Made by a program: the position numbers and the translations under genes. This document shows, piece by piece, positions 1-11,387 of a stretch of 64,000 bases of DNA; positions within the stretch are counted from its first letter, which is position 1, and the number at the start of each line of letters is the position of its first letter. This DNA comes from Octopus sinensis. Its lineage: Eukaryota. A model generated the notes under the pieces. It had not been told where the DNA came from and did no database searches. It was given only the letters and a program-made list of their open reading frames with translations. The DNA lies in NCBI RefSeq assembly GCF_006345805.1, contig NC_043021.1, positions 13,454,001-13,518,000 on the forward strand. Reading direction: 5' to 3'.

Positions 1-91
1 GATTATATACTTATATTTTTTCATTCATACTTTAATTATTTTAAAATTATTATTTTTATATTTTAAAATATTGATTTTTTAGATTGGAAGT

Positions 92-134
92 CCACCTGAA
101 GATTGTCGATCAAGACAAGAAACGATTGTAGTGG
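92..134 (+). ncRNA. Minimal type I hammerhead ribozyme motif, canonical core
   Basis: CCAC-CTGAAGA-TTGTC[GATCAA]GACAA-GAAA-C[GATT]G-TA-GTGG. Stem I is CCAC/GTGG, stem II is a perfect 5 bp, stem III is short, and the predicted cleavage triplet is GUA after 130. Confidence 0.8.
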
Positions 135-232
135 CGGTTTTTTTGACTATTTATTAAAATTTTATGTATTGATTAAGTCTTTCCTTGTTTGTTTTGCAAA
201 ATAGTGGTTTTGTCTCTAATAATATTTTATAT

Positions 233-286
<54 letters not shown>

Positions 287-378
287 AAATTGTTTATAAT
301 TTTCGCCTTTAAAGGTATTTTAATATGCTGCCACTTTGATGAAATTTTTTTTGCAAAAATATGTTATCCTATATAGAA

Positions 379-409
<31 letters not shown>

Positions 410-581
410 TAGATAAAACTTACTTGGAAAACGATGCATGACGTTCGATCATATAATAACATAAATAATATATAAATATGTGCATATATACATAATATAT
501 AATATATAAATATATGCATATATAAAAAAACATGGAATAGATGAAACAGGGACAACTGAAGAAGGGGAATATTCTTTATGT

Positions 582-990
582 CAGGAGTGGCTGTGTGGTA
601 AGTAGCTTGCTTACCAACCTCATGGTTCCGGTTTCAGTCCCACTGCGTGGCACCTTGGGCAAGTGTCTTCTACTATAGCCTTGGGCTGACCAAAGCCTTG
701 TGAGTGGATTTTCTAGACGGAAACTGAAAAAAGCCTGTCGTATATATGTATATATATATAGGTATGTGTGTGTGTTTGTGTGTCTGTGTTTGTCCCCCCA
801 ACATCACTCGACAACCGATGCTGGTGTGTTTACATCCCCGTAACTTAGCAGTTCGGCAAAAATTGACCGATAGAATAAGTACTGGGCTTACAATGAATAA
901 GTCCTGGGGTCGATTTGCTCGACTAAAGGCAGTGCTCCAGCATGGCCACAGTCACATGACTGAAACAATTAAAACAGTAAAAGGAGAGAG
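582..990 (+). mobile_element. tRNA-headed SINE, family A (CORE-like body, internal microsatellite)
   Basis: A box TGGCTGTGTGG, B-box-like GGTTTCAGTCC, body CACCTTGGGCAAGTGTCTTC, central (TA)n(TG)n and tail CCAGCATGGCC...TGAAAC. About 20 full or partial copies in the window. Confidence 0.9.
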
Positions 991-1315
991 TTCAACTTAT
1001 TCAACATAATTAACAAATTCACAGAGTAAAAATATTTACATTGATCCTGCTACCATTCAGTTGGCAGAATGTACTAATCAGAATAGTGTATATTTGGTCA
1101 GGACAAATAAGAATTTAGGGATTATTTGAGTGTGTAGTAGAGATTACTAGGGTATGAATGCTACTCAGACCTAAGAAGCTGCTTCAATTTAAGTACCTAA
1201 TTCAATTGAATCTTTATTGTCATCATCATCATCATCCTCATCATCGTTTAGTGTCCGTTTTCCATGCTAGCATGGGTTGGACGGTATGTTATATATATAT
1301 ATATATATATATATA

Positions 1316-1704
1316 CTAGCAGTATCACCCAGTATTACTTGGGTTTGTTTCGACCCTTTAGAATTGGAATTTTTGAAAAGTAAAAATTTTGCATTATGTA
1401 GCTTGTGAACATTTTTCTGGTTGAAATACACCAAAAAATGGCGACACAGTAGTAAAAAAATCGTAAAAAATAGGTATTTTCATAGAAAAAAAAGCACCTT
1501 TTTGATGTAAATAATTCTTGGTCTTAACATGGCCCAATTTGAATTTTATCTTCTATGGTATGAAGAGCAAGCCTTCTTCTATCATACTCTCAATTTTGGT
1601 CAACTTGTGCCGCAGGGTCTCAGAGGAGATAGTGTTAGTTGAAGGCTACAAAACCTGTCACACACAGACAACTTCAGCTTTATATATATATTTATATATA
1701 GAGA
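1316..1704 (-). mobile_element. Non-autonomous Helitron-like element
   Basis: On the minus strand it starts A|TCTCTATAT and ends CTAG|T, with a subterminal hairpin (ACCCAAGTAATACTGGGT) 7 nt before CTAG and no TSD. Confidence 0.65.
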
Positions 1705-2052
1705 TAAGAGTGAATCAAAAAGTAATGCCATTTTGTTTAGGACAGATATAATTACCAACACAGGAACATGTATCATACATCAAAATGAAGCTGGTCCTTT
1801 GTGGATCACATCCCTACTTCTCAACATAGTCACCGTTTCTCTCAATAGCAATGTTCCACCTTCGAATGATAGCATGTATCCCTGCCCGTAAAATTCTGTT
1901 GACTGTTCTGTGAGCTACTTCTTCACAACAGTTTTCACTTCCTTGTCACTGGAATAATGTTTACCTCTCAAACTCTCTTTTGTGGGGCCGAAGAGATGAT
2001 AGCCCAGTGACAAGGAAGTGAAAACTGTAGTGAAGTACTGGCTCAAAGAACA
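1705..2052 (-). pseudogene. mariner transposase C-terminal remnant plus terminal repeat
   Basis: Minus-strand frames give GYHLFGPTKESLRGKHYSSDKEVKTVVKK*LTEQSTEFY and AGIHAIIRRWNIAIERNGDYVEK*. A TIR-like TAAGAGTGAATCAAAAAGTAATGCC starts at 1705. Confidence 0.75.
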
Positions 2053-2282
2053 AAAATGGAACAAGAACACAACAGATGACAATAAAACATCCAGACAGAG
2101 AGATGATACAAAGACAGACAGGAAAAACAATGACAGGTCATTCATAGCCTTCTCTCCTCAGTCAAGTGTCCAGATTATCATTACAGTTTTGGCCGGTTAC
2201 ATTTGAGACTGTTCAAATCTGGCTGGCCCAAAAAATGTAAACTAAGAACATTAAATATTTTGGGATATATATATATATATAT

Positions 2283-2470
2283 AGTTAATCCAAACATGAA
2301 AACACAACAACACGAGGAGGTGGAACAAGTATAACGTTATTGGACACTCAGGAAAGGAAAGAAAGAAGAGGGATTTAACATTTTGAGCAGAGCTCTTCGT
2401 CAGAAACATAGAAAAAGGAAAGGTCCAAGGAAGGGAAGATGGAGAAAGAAAATCACCAATGATACACACG
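2283..2470 (-). mobile_element. Penelope-like element remnant carrying a degenerate hammerhead (2372-2408)
   Basis: Near-identical to 50524-50710. The minus strand reads TGTTT-CTGACGA-A-GAGC[TCT]GCTC-AAAA-TGTT-AAATC. The Penelope assignment is inferred from the hammerhead and the (TA)n flank. Confidence 0.6.
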
Positions 2471-2481
2471 GTCACATATTA

Positions 2482-2533
<52 letters not shown>

Positions 2534-2555
2534 TATGTATGTATGTATGTATGTA

Positions 2556-2604
<49 letters not shown>

Positions 2605-2789
2605 TGTGCGTGTAGACAGATAAGCATCAACAACTTTCTTCCATGTACACCGTCACTGTCTACACAAAAACATTATACACACATGCACTGCATTTTCTCA
2701 AACGACTTCAAGAACTTTTGAGAAAACAGGTTTAATGAGTCTAAAACAAGAAAAATACACAAGAACTATTTACATACATACATAATACA

Positions 2790-2856
<67 letters not shown>

Positions 2857-3129
2857 ATATATATGCCATGTGTATATATTTTAATATATATATATATATA
2901 TTTATTTATTTATATGCAGAGATATACATAGATATGGACACATACACAGATATATACACACAGATATATAAACACACATATAAGCCACATATATACACAT
3001 GTGTGAGGGAGTAGACACTGAAAGTGGGGGAGGTGTTGAACTAAATGAATTTAAACTAGCAGCAAAAATACAATAAAAAAGCCAAAAAGGGGTTAAGTTT
3101 TACTTCAATTTGCAAGAGGGGGACAAGAG

Positions 3130-3860
3130 TGGTGAGGGTGTGTGGGGGTGGCTGTGTGATGGCATAATAGTAGTAGTAGTAGTAGTAGTTGGGGTGAAGG
3201 TGGAGGTTGATGATGGGAGTAATGATGATAATAGTGATGTTGGTGGTGGTGGTGGTGGTATTCATTGTGGAATTGTATTTAGTGATAGTTGGAGTATTGG
3301 TGACAACGAAGGGGAAGGGGTATTGGAGATGGTGGTGGTGATGATGGTGGTGGTTGTGGTGAGGTAGGAATTAAGAGTGGTGATATTTATAGTAGCGATG
3401 GTGGTGGTGGTTATGATGGTAGTGGTGGTGGTGGTGGTGATGATAGTGGAGGAGGTGTTAAGAGTGGTGATATCGATAGTAGTGATGGTGATGGTTGTGA
3501 TAGGGGTGGTTGTGATGGTGGTGGTGGTTGTGCTTTCAGTGGTGGTGGTAGTGGTGTTGGTGGTGATGGTAGTGGTGGCAAGGGATTGTTAAGAGTGATG
3601 GCGGTGGTTGTAATGGTGATAGTTATGATGACGGCGGTAGTGGTGGTGGTTGTGATGGTGATGGCGGTGGTGGTGGTTGTGATGGTTGTACTTATGATGA
3701 CAGTGATATTGGTGGTGATGGCTCTTGTAGTGGTGGTGGTGGTGTTGAGTCGAGTTAAGGTTGATGATATTGACAACGGTGAATGTGGTGGTGGTGGTGG
3801 TGATGGTGGTGGTTGTGGTGGCAATAGTGGTGACATTGCGATGGTGAGGTGGGGGGGTTG
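3130..3860. repeat. Degenerate (GGT/GAT/GTA)n trinucleotide tract
   Basis: Visible triplet periodicity; explains the poly-V/T/P/H ORFs in the track. Confidence 0.9.
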
Positions 3861-4299
3861 GAGAGAATGTGCGGTGCATAGTAGGATTAGGGGTTAGAGT
3901 GGAGGGGGGAAAAGAGGGGAGGGGTCAGTGGCTGAAGGTGAAACTAATAACGTCAGCGGATCTTGTTTGCCAACAACAGTTCTTGATACTTTGATGTGAA
4001 ACTTGAATTTCTGGCCACCAAGGTAAGGTGGTGGAGGTGGTGGGTGTTGTTTAGGGTCAAGACAAGACTGGCATGTGGTTATGTGGGGTGGCCCAGCGGA
4101 GTGTAAGGAGGTGGTAGTGGGTGGCGCGAAAAGCAACCAGATCTGTTGGACAGGACCGGGGGGGGGGGCGGGCAGGGGGGGGTTCTGATGAGCAAAGTAA
4201 GATAACAAGATTAAGACAGAGAAAAGGAGACAAGCCTGTATGAAATTAGATAAAAAAAAAAAACAGAAAGAAATGACCACCACCACCACATCTTAATCA

Positions 4300-4790
4300 T
4301 GTAACCTCCACCCCCAGCTTCGTTTACTACTACCACTACCACCACCATCACTCCTACTACCAACACCAACACCAACACCAACATTATTACTGCCACCATC
4401 CCTATTACTACTAACACCCCTGCCACTGCTATCACCACTACTACCACCACCACTACCACCACCACCACTACCACCACTACCACCACCACCATTACCACCA
4501 TCATCATAACTATCACCATTACCACCACTACCACCACCACTACCACCACCACTACCACCACCACCACCACCAACACCAATACTATTACTGCCACCATCAC
4601 TATTACTACTAACACCCCTGCTACTGCTACCACCACCACTACCACCACCCCCACCATCACCCCTACTACCAACACCAATACTATTACTGCCACCATCACT
4701 ACTATCACAACTACAACCACCACCACCACCACCACCACCAAGAACACCATTATTACCAACACCACCGCCACTACTACCAACACCAAGTAT
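4300..4790. repeat. Degenerate (ACC/ACT)n trinucleotide tract
   Basis: Visible triplet periodicity, in the opposite orientation to 3130-3860. Confidence 0.9.
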
Positions 4791-5664
4791 ATTGTTATGC
4801 TTGGGAATGGTCATCTATTTTTTACTGTTTGCTAATTAAGCACCCGCACTATTTATTTGATCTTCAGTTTTTATTCACACTATTGTTAGCTTATATGTCT
4901 GTCAAAGGTTTTTGTCACACATCTTGTGTCCTCCTAAGAAACACTCTGCCCATGTTCTCCTTTTGTCCTGCTTATTCTATTTTGTCCTTCTGTGGTACGC
5001 ATGTATACACATCGATATACAAGAGTAAGATCCAGGAATCTAAGTGAAAGAAGTCTGTAAGCTTCAAACAGTCCGTGGCAGGTACAGAAAGTGGATAGTA
5101 CACAATAAGGTGTTCTTGGCCTGATGATTAGCTAAGTTGAGTACCTATCATTGAATAATTATTACATCAGATGATTAGCTAGCTAAGAAACATATCTAGC
5201 CTGGGTTTTACCCATTCCTCTCCCTCAATTTAATATATTTTTTGCTGTATTGCTTATTCATTATTTATTATTGATCTTCAATAAAAATGAAGCTGTGTCC
5301 TTTAATTTGCTGCTTTTCTAGACACAAACCAAGAAGATATCTTGCAGAACAGTCATTATTTTAATGAAATGCATCTTGTAATCACTTGAAAAGACACATC
5401 TATACCAGTGGATACTCCTAAACCAGTTGTTAAGTATCCCACCAATGAGGGATCAATGCTAAATGGATCAAAACAATTGTAGTGATTAATAAACATTCTC
5501 ATATCTTCCATCTTCCATCTCTCTCATTCATCAAATATATATTCTTCACTCTTTTACTTGTTTCAGTCACGTGACTGTGGCCATGCTGGAGCACCGCCTT
5601 TAGTCGAGCAAATCGACCCCAGGACTTATTCTTTATAAGCCTAGTACTTATTCTATCAGTCTTT

Positions 5665-5706
<42 letters not shown>

Positions 5707-5718
5707 TGTATATATATG

Positions 5719-5750
<32 letters not shown>

Positions 5751-6106
5751 CGCACATAATTAAGGGATTAGCAAAAAGTTGTGTCACCACATACCGAAAA
5801 TTTAGAAATAGCAGTCAAAACCACCAATTCTTTTACTACAATTCTTTTACTACAATATATCTCCATAATTGAGATAATGGGGTTTTTTCCATACCGAAGC
5901 TACTTAGTAAAATTTATTAATTATTAAATAATAATTCTTTGCCCTATATCTATAATGATATATATATATATATATATATATAATCACCCGAAATTGCGAG
6001 GATGATCCGGTTCTTGACTGAAGATTGAAGGCTTTGAACGTCCCGTCCGTGTTTTTTGTATCGTCATCTAAATGTTTTGCGTTCTTGTCCCAGTTTGTAT
6101 TTTTTT

Positions 6107-6160
<54 letters not shown>

Positions 6161-6169
6161 TATATATAT

Positions 6170-7055
6170 AGGTTGTATATATATATTTTCTCCAAATTTT
6201 ATAAAGTTTACATTTCATATGTATATTTAGGTTTTATATAAATATTTTCTCCAAATTTTATAAGGTTTATTTAGGTTTTATATACATATTTTCTCCAAAT
6301 TTTATAGGTTTCATATGTACATTTAGGTTTTATAAACATATTTTCTCCAAATTTTATAGGATTTAGATAAATATATATATATATATATATATATTTAGGT
6401 TGTATATTTTTTTATACTTTTACTTGTTTCAGTCATTTGACTGCAGCCTTCTCCAAATTTTATAGGGTTTATATATATATATTGGATTTTATATACATAT
6501 TTTCTCCAAATTTTATAGGTTTCATATGTATATTGGCGCAGGAGTGGCTGTGTGGTAAGTAGCTTGCTAACCAACCACATGGTTCTGGGTTCAGTCCCAC
6601 TGCGTGGCATCTTGGGCAAGTGTCTTCTGCTATAGCCCCAGGCCGACCAATGCCTTGTGAGTGGATTTGGTAGACGGAAACTGAAAGAAGCCTGTCGTAT
6701 ATATGTATATATATATGTATGTGTGTCTGTGTTTGTCCCCCTAGGATTATTTGACAACCGATGCTGGTGTGTTCACGTCTCCGTCACTTAGCGGTTCAGC
6801 AAAAGAGACCGATAGAATAAGTACTGGGCTTACAAAGAATAAGTCCCGGGGTCGATTTGCTCAACTAAAGGCGGTGCTCCAGCATGGCCGCAGTCAAATG
6901 ACTGAAACAAGTAAAAGAGAAAGAGAAAGAGAATATTTAAGTTTTATATACATATTTTCTCAAAATTTTATAGGATTTTTATCTATTTAGGTTTTATATA
7001 CAAATTTTTTTCTGAATTTTTCAAGTTTTATATATATATATTTTCTCTAAGTTTT
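6170..7055. repeat. AT-rich ~45-55 bp tandem repeat interrupted by SINE-A
   Basis: ATTTTCTCCAAATTTTATAGG recurs 8-9 times at 6185-6520 and 6950-7050. Confidence 0.8.
6535..6925 (+). mobile_element. SINE family A, full length
   Basis: Complete from the GGCGCAGGAGTGGC head to the GAAACAAGTAAAAGAG tail. Confidence 0.9.
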
Positions 7056-7239
7056 TAACTTTACAATGTAGTTTTACTTTCAGTTTTTCACCCAGAATAC
7101 TTTGGTAGTCTTTTATTTGACTCCATTGAGCCATAAAGTCAAAATTCCTTAAAAACCAACAACTGTACAGTAGGGTGTGGTTTGGAGAAGATACAGCATA
7201 TATTTCTAGCAGGTTGAGTGACCACGTAGAAGCTCTCTC

Positions 7240-7429
7240 ACTGGCTGTTGTTGAGGTTGCTGTTGCTGTTGTTTATGGTATTGGTGTTATGATTAATCCA
7301 TAATATATCATTAGTTCGGTGGTCATGGTCATTCGTAAAGTAATACTTTGCACACATAATAACATGGATAATGAATGATGCAACAGCAACAATGGGAGCT
7401 GCAACAAGAAGAACAACAGCGGCAGCAGT

Positions 7430-7466
<37 letters not shown>

Positions 7467-7562
7467 GCAGCAGCAACAACAACAACAACAACAGCAGCAG
7501 CAGCAGCTATCAGAACACCAACAATAACAACTATCAGACCACCACCACCACCACCACCAACA

Positions 7563-7597
<35 letters not shown>

Positions 7598-8300
7598 GCA
7601 ACAGCAGCCATTCAAGAATTTGGACCTGGAGATCTCCATTTCCAGCGACTTGACTTCGAGGGCCACCTCCCAGTGGTGTCGGACGTCAGTGAAGAGCCCC
7701 GACGACCCCAGTTTTTTTTTTCCAAGGTCTGGGGTCTCCCACCCCTAAGTCCTAGATCATCACCTAATCACCCTTACCTGTCTTGTTGCTTAGCAACAAC
7801 AACAACAACCACCAACAACAACTGTAGCAACAGCAGCAACCATGACAACAACAACAGCAACAGCAAAAGCAGCAATGATGACAACAACAACAACACCAAT
7901 ACCAGCTATCAGAACACCAACACCGCCACCACCATCACCACCCACAACAACAGAAGTAGCAGCAGTAGCAGCAGCAGTGACAACAACAACAACAACAACA
8001 TCAGAACACCACCAACACCAATAACAAAACCTATACTACAACCACCACCACCACCAATAACAATTAGCAGAATACCACCAACATCACTGCCACCACCATA
8101 AACAACAACACCAGAAATAACAGCTATCAGAGTACCACCACAGCCAACAACAGCAACAACAACATTAACAGTAACTATAACACCAACACTATAAGCCAAA
8201 AAAAAAACAGAACACCACTAGCATTAACAACAACAACAACAAAAATCATTTTCCATGTACAACAACAACAGCAACAACAACAGGCTTCTGATTGGATTAA
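7240..8300. repeat. (CAA/CAG/ACC)n low-complexity tract with a unique island at 7605-7790
   Basis: Triplet repeats with a recurring CTATCAGAACACC motif. Confidence 0.85.
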
Positions 8301-8510
8301 TACTGCTGCAAAATAAACTCTTTCATATGACCTACACCACTGATGGAACGGATTGTTGTAGTTGTTGCTACTACTTTTATATACAGTAGGGTGGAGGCAA
8401 AACCTTACAGTGAGGACCAGATTAAATCCATTGGGTTACTGCTGCTGTTGTTGGTGGTGGTGTTGTCATTTAACTGTTTAGCATTCAGATTACTCTGCCA
8501 GACGTAACAT

Positions 8511-9155
8511 TGGTTTCAAATTTGGCACAAGTCCAGCAGTTCTGGGCAAGTGAGGTCGATTACATTGACCCCAGTGCATAACTGGTACTTATTTTATCAA
8601 CCCCGAAACAATGAAAGACAAAGTTGACTTCAGCAGAATTTGAACGCAGAACGTCAAAGACAAGTGAAATGCTGCCAAGCATTTTGCCTGGTTCTGCCAG
8701 CTGGCCGCCGTATGGCCATTTAATATTGATTTCAAACTGTGACACAAGGCCAGCAATTTTGGGGGAGGGGGTAAGTTGATTACATTGACCCCAGTACTCA
8801 ACTGGTACTTGTTTTATCCACCCCAAAAGGTTGAAAGGCAAAGTCGGCCTCAGCAGAATTTGAACCCAGAATAAAATGTCACTAAGCATATTCTCTGGTG
8901 TGCTTACAATTCCACCAGCTTGCAGTCCACAATAATAATAATGGTTTCAAATTTTGGCACAAGGCCAGCAATTCTGGGGGAGGGAGTAAGTTTATTACAT
9001 TGACCCCAATACTAAACTGGTACTCATTTTACAAACCCTGAAAGGATGAAAGGCAAAACTGACCTCAGCGGAATTTGAACTCAGAATGTAAAGACATGCA
9101 AAATGCTACTAAAGCATTTTCTCCAGCATGCTAATGATTCTGCCAGCTTGCCACT
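8511..9155 (-). mobile_element. Three head-to-tail copies of SINE family C
   Basis: Each copy has ACTGGTACTT..TATCNACCCC..AAAGG.TGAAAGGCAAAGT.GAC and GAATTTGAAC.CAGAA (reverse B box). Confidence 0.85.
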
Positions 9156-9418
9156 TTTGCCTAAAGTAATATTGCATACGTACCAGTGGCAGATGCAGGG
9201 GTCTTGCCCTAGTTGCCCAGGCAACACTCTTTCTAGCTGACACCAAAAAAATCAGGACCAGGGTTTTACTAACAGTTTCACAGCATCACTGTTTTGTATG
9301 TTAGAGTTCATAAAAATGGGTCCATTTGTTATGCATTGCAATTCCCACCTTATATAGTATTTTTTTTCAAAACTTTTGGGGAACATCCAAAAATATCTTG
9401 AAATACTAAAGAGTAAAT

Positions 9419-9590
9419 TTATTCAATAAAATCGCCATTGGATTCAACCACAGCCTCTAGATGACTTCAGAATCTCCTGCAACTCTTCTGGATGGTCTCC
9501 TTGTTTAAGTTGGTAAATGCTGCCATAATCTTTGCCGTCAGTTCATCTTTGGTGTTACAAGGAGTTTTGTTGGTCTCTCACTCAACTGTT
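9419..9590 (-). pseudogene. Tc1/mariner (ITm) transposase C-terminal remnant
   Basis: Translates to TVE*ETNKTPCNTKDELTAKIMAAFTNLNKETIQKSCRRF*SHLEAVVESNGDFIE*. Confidence 0.75.
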
Positions 9591-9689
9591 TCAGAGTCCA
9601 GTAACAAAGCCAATTCTTGCTCAAATGATCTCAAATTTCAACATGTGTAAAAGCTAAGTTTGGATCAGGCATGCCAGTGATAGGGACAA

Positions 9690-9935
9690 TGTGCTGTTGA
9701 AATGGCCATCATGTTCACCGGACTTGACATCTTGTGATTTTTTTTTCTATAGGATTATGTGAAAAGATTAGTCTATCTCCCTGCTCTTCCTCCAAGCCTA
9801 AAGGAACACATGCAGAGAATCACTTAGGTGCTGAAGAATGTTACGCAAGACATGCTACAGCATGTTCGGCAGGAACTGGACAACCGACTTGATGTGTGTC
9901 GTGTCACAGGTGGTGCGCCTATTGAACATTTGTGA
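9690..9935 (+). pseudogene. Second ITm transposase C-terminal remnant (different family)
   Basis: Translates to WPSCSPDLTSCDF.. and LPPSLKEHMQRIT*VLKNVTQDMLQHVRQELDNRLDVCRVTGGAPIEHL*, matching the WPPRSPDL motif region. Confidence 0.8.
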
Positions 9936-10104
9936 AGCTTTGTGAAATCAATTATAAAATTTACAACCCTCTGGAGGCTTTGTTCGAACTTTGATAAATA
10001 AATCATTTATTGTTCAACATGAAAACTGTTTAATTTCGTTTGGCTCAGACACGTAGTTACTCACATGTTCACATTTCAAATAATTCTTTTGTTCTTTTCT
10101 TTTT

Positions 10105-10520
10105 CTTTTACTTGTTTCAGCTGTTTGACTGTGGCAAGGCTGGAGAACTGCTTTAAAGGGTTTTTTTTTTTTAGTTGAAGAAATCAGCCATAGGACTTAT
10201 TCTTTGTAAGCTTAGTACTTATTCTATCATTTTTTTTTTCTGAACTGCTAAGTTACAGGGACATAAACGCACCAACATCGGTTGTCAAGTGTTGGTGGGG
10301 GGACAAACACAGACACAAAGACACACACATAAATATATATACATAAATATATATACAATGGGCTTCTTTCAGTTTCCATCTACCAAATCCACTGACAAGA
10401 CTTTGGCTGGCCCAAGGCTATAGTAGAAGACATTTGCCAACAGTGTCACACAGTGGAACTGAACTTAGAACCATGTGGTTGGGGAACAAACTTCTTAGCT
10501 CACAGCCGTGCCTGTGCCTA
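10105..10520 (-). mobile_element. SINE family A
   Basis: Reverse complement of the family A tail, body and head. Confidence 0.85.
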
Positions 10521-10732
10521 TCATCATCATCAACATCAATATTTAACGTTCGTTATCAATGCTAGCATGGGTTGGACAGTTTGACCAGGGCTGGCAGGCT
10601 GGAATGCTGCACCAGACTCCAGTCTGATATATTTATTAGCCTCACAGAGAAAGTAAGCTTCATATGTAATTGATACACTAAAGCAATATGCACTATCAAA
10701 ACACCGGAAGTAGATTCTCTTAAATGCCTGCA

Positions 10733-11035
10733 CGACATGCTGGAAATTGCCAATAGCTTTTGTTGCCTTGGAGATGTAATTAGCAAAAGTGGCTGCTCTG
10801 AAAGTATAGTAGCCAGGGTAGGAGCAAGTTGGAAGAAGCTCAGTGAGCTACCACCACTGCTGGAGACAAAGGTCTTATCTCTCAGAGGAAAGGGCAGATT
10901 GTATGACACTTGTGTTAGAATTGTGATGCTGCATGGTAGTGAGACATGGGTTTTGAATGCAGGGGTCTTGAGAAGACCAGAAAGAAAGAATTGAAGCTTG
11001 TATGCTCTGTTGGATGTGCAAATTTAAGTGCGTAA
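10733..11035 (+). pseudogene. RTE-clade LINE fragment (RT thumb region)
   Basis: LEIANSFCCLGDVISKSGCSESIVARVGASWKKLSELPPLL..KGRLYDTCVRIVMLHGSETW matches the RTE F.YLG / ARI..AW / YGSETW motifs. Confidence 0.85.
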
Positions 11036-11049
11036 TGAATGACAAAGTT

Positions 11050-11387
11050 CAAATGTGTACCTCTGCATGATACCTTGGACAAGTGCCTTCCACTATAGCC
11101 AACTAAAGCCTGGTTAGTGAATTTGTTAGATGGAAACTGAAAGAAGCCCATCATGTGTGTGTGTGTGTGTACATTTGTGTCTGTATTTGTCGCCCCACCA
11201 CCCACTGCTTAACAACTGGTCTTGGTGTTTGCATCCCTGTAACTTACCAGTTTGGCATAAGAGACCAATGGGAAAAGTACTAGGCTTAAAAAAAAACTAA
11301 GTAGTGAGATTGATTCACTTGACTAAAACCTATGAAGGCAGTGCCCCAGCATGACCTCAGACTAATGACTGAAACAAGTAAAAAGAT
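11050..11387 (+). mobile_element. SINE family A, 5' truncated
   Basis: Family A body and tail directly after the RTE fragment. Confidence 0.8.

Noticed and set aside
4060-4184. Fibronectin type III-like reading PTDLVAFRATHYHLLTLRWATP on the minus strand
   Set aside because: The frame stops after 41 codons with no good donor and lacks the downstream FN3 motifs.
5990-6110. Hammerhead in this family (also 25290-25450)
   Set aside because: CTGAAGA or CTGAGGA is present, but GAAA and stem II are too degenerate in both copies.
6535-6610. tRNA genes at SINE heads
   Set aside because: A and B boxes are present, but the heads run into SINE bodies with no convincing cloverleaf or terminator.
10520-11035. 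Twin-priming inversion of one RTE element
   Set aside because: The layout fits, but about 100 bp of unrelated spacer, a large missing interval and no TSD make separate insertions equally likely.
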